NCBI GenBank assembly: GCA_051530055.1
Contig: CM121342.1
Location: forward strand, 7,882,691-7,946,690
Source: Neoechinorhynchus agilis
Taxonomy: Eukaryota; Animalia; Acanthocephala
Length of the DNA: 64,000 nt
Reading direction: 5' to 3'
The notes beneath the pieces were generated by a model. It did not search any database and was not told the origin of the DNA. It saw only the letters and a program-made list of their open reading frames with translations. The translations under genes and the position numbers were made by a program. Shown here piece by piece: positions 61,880 to 64,000 of the stretch; position 1 is the stretch's first letter, and every line of letters starts with the position of its first letter.

Positions 61880-64000
61880 ACGAGTATTCGTGGCGGCGGC
61901 GGCGGTGCGGATCGATCCACTCGCGACGGAGGCATATGGAATACAGTCTTGAACGTTCTTTTTTAAAGGAGGAAAGATTGGAGAAATAAGGAGATCCGTG
62001 GCGGTGGATCCGCTCGCGACGGAGAGAGACGATAGTCTTGAACGTTCTTTTTTAAAGGAGGAGAGTGGAGAAATAAGGAGATCCGTGGCGGTAGTGGTGG
62101 CGGCGGCGGTGCGGATCGATCCACTCGCGACGGAGGCATATGGAATACAGTCTTGAACGTTCTTTTTTTAAAGGAGGAAAGATTGGAGAAATAAGGAGAT
62201 CCGTGGCGGTGGATCCACTCGCGACGGAGAGAGACGATAGTCTTGAATCTTTTTTAAAGGAGGAAAGATTGGAGAAATAAGGAAATCCGTGGCGGTGGAT
62301 CCGCTCGCGACGGAGAGAGACGATAGTCTTGAACGTTCTTTTTTAAAGGAGGAGAGATTGGAGAAATAAGGAGATCCGTGGCGGTGGATCCGCTCGCGAC
62401 GGAGAGAGACGATAGTCTTGAACGTTCTTTTTTAAAGGAGGAGAGTGGAGAAATAAGGAGATCCGTGGCGGTAGTGGTGGCGGCGGCGGTGCGGATCGAT
62501 CCACTCGCGACGGAGGATATGATAGTCTTGAACGTTCTTTTTTAAAGGAGGAAAGATTGGAGAAATAAGGAGATCCGTGGCGGTGGATCCACTCGCGACG
62601 GAGAGAGACGATAGTCTTGAACGTTCTTTTTTAAAGGAGGAGAGTGGAGAAATAAGGAGATCCGTGGCGGTGGATCCGCTCGCGACGGAGAGAGACGATA
62701 GTCTTGAACGTTCTTTTTTAAAGGAGGAGAAATTGGAGAAATAAGGAGATCCGTGGCGGTGGATCCACTCGCGACGGAGAGAGACGATAGTCTTGAACGT
62801 TCTTTTTTAAAGGAGGAGAGTGGAGAAATAAGGAGATCCGTGGCGGTGGATCCGCTCGCGACGGAGAGAGACGATAGTCTTGAACGTTCTTTTTTAAAGG
62901 AGGAAAGATTGGAGAAATAAGGAGATCCGTGGCGGTGGATCCTGCGACGGAGAGGACGATAGTCTTGAACGTTCTTTTTTAAAGGAGGAGAGTGGAGAAA
63001 TAAGGAGATCCGTGGCGGTGGATCCGCTCGCGACGGAGAGAGACGATAGTCTTGAACGTTCTTTTTTAAAGGAGGAGAGATCCACTGGACGGAGAAGATA
63101 GTCTTGAACGTTCTTTTTTAAAGGAGGAAGATTGGAGAAATAAGGAGATCCGTGGCGGTGGATCCGCTCGCGACGGAGAGAGACGATAGTCTTGAATCTT
63201 CTTTTTTAAAGGAGGAGAGATTGGAGAAATAAGGAGATCCGTGGCGGTGGATCCGCTCGCGACGGAGAGAGACGATAGTCTTGACGTTCTTTTTTAAAGG
63301 AGGAGAATTGGAGAAATAAGGAGATCCGTGGCGGTGGATCCCTGGACGGAAGACGATAGTCTTGAACGTTCTTTTTTAAAGGAGGAGAGTGGAGAAATAA
63401 GGAGATCCGTGGCGGTGGATCCCTCGCGACGGAGAAGATAGTCTTGAACGTTCTTTTTTAAAGGAGGAAAGATTGGAGAAATAAGGAGATCCGTGGCGGT
63501 GGATCCACTTGTGACGGAGAGAGACGATAGTCTTGAACGTTCTTTTTTAAAGGAGGAGAGTGGAGAAATAAGGAGATCCGTGGCGGTGGATCCGCTCGCG
63601 ACGGAGAGAGACGATAGTCTTGACCGTTCTTTTTTAAAGGAGGAGAAATTGGAGAAATAAGGAGATCCGTGGCGGTGGATCCACTTGTGACGGAGAGAGA
63701 CGATAGTCTTGAATCTTCTTTTTTTAAAGGAGGAGAGATTGGAGAAATAAGGAGATCCGTGGCGGTGGATCCGCTCGCGACGGAGAGAGACGATAGTCTT
63801 GAACGTTCTTTTTTAAAGGAGGAAAGATTGGAGAAATAAGGGGATCCGTGGCGGTGGATCCACTTGTGACGGAGAGAGACGATAGTCTTGAACGTTCTTT
63901 TTTAAAGGAGGAGAGTGGAGAAATAAGGAGATCCGTGGCGGTGGATCCGCTCGCGACGGAGAGAGACGATAGTCTTGACCGTTCTTTTTTAAAGGAGGAG
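61880..64000. repeat. ~89-bp GC-richer tandem array; runs off the window end
   Basis: tccgtggcggtggatcc at 62286 and 62375; three longer (GGC)n-containing monomers near 61.9, 62.1 and 62.5 kb. Confidence 0.97.

Overview
AT-rich, very compact eukaryotic (metazoan, probably invertebrate) window with mostly 30-60 nt GT-AG introns and very short intergenic spacers. Conserved genes recognised by eye: ApoO/MIC26-27-like, DCTN2, HOOK-type CH/coiled-coil protein, AF4/FMR2 (AFF), RPL11, ELP3, TM9SF2/4-type, EMC3, NUBPL, a very divergent H3/CenH3-like histone, CAMSAP/Patronin and a ZAD + C2H2 zinc-finger gene. Six unrelated tandem arrays (units about 205, 131, 99, 156, 148 and 89 bp) cover roughly a quarter of the window. 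Mobile DNA: a decayed APE+RT LINE (RTE-like), two CRE-type RLE fragments, and a split LINE RT remnant carrying an Argonaute PIWI-domain fragment. Most interesting signals: (i) a type I hammerhead ribozyme motif at about 40.7 kb, plus a separate dispersed family carrying a hammerhead core (17.5, 18.1-18.5, 26.5-26.6 and 37.9-38.0 kb) associated with fold-back insertions flanked by short direct repeats; (ii) interruptions in TM9SF and ELP3 with no usable GT donor; (iii) a 148-bp satellite whose monomer looks like a symmetric 39-nt exon plus a canonical intron. All identifications come from visual motif recognition with no database searches. Scattered 1-2 nt indels in the arrays mean consensus errors are an alternative explanation for several anomalies.
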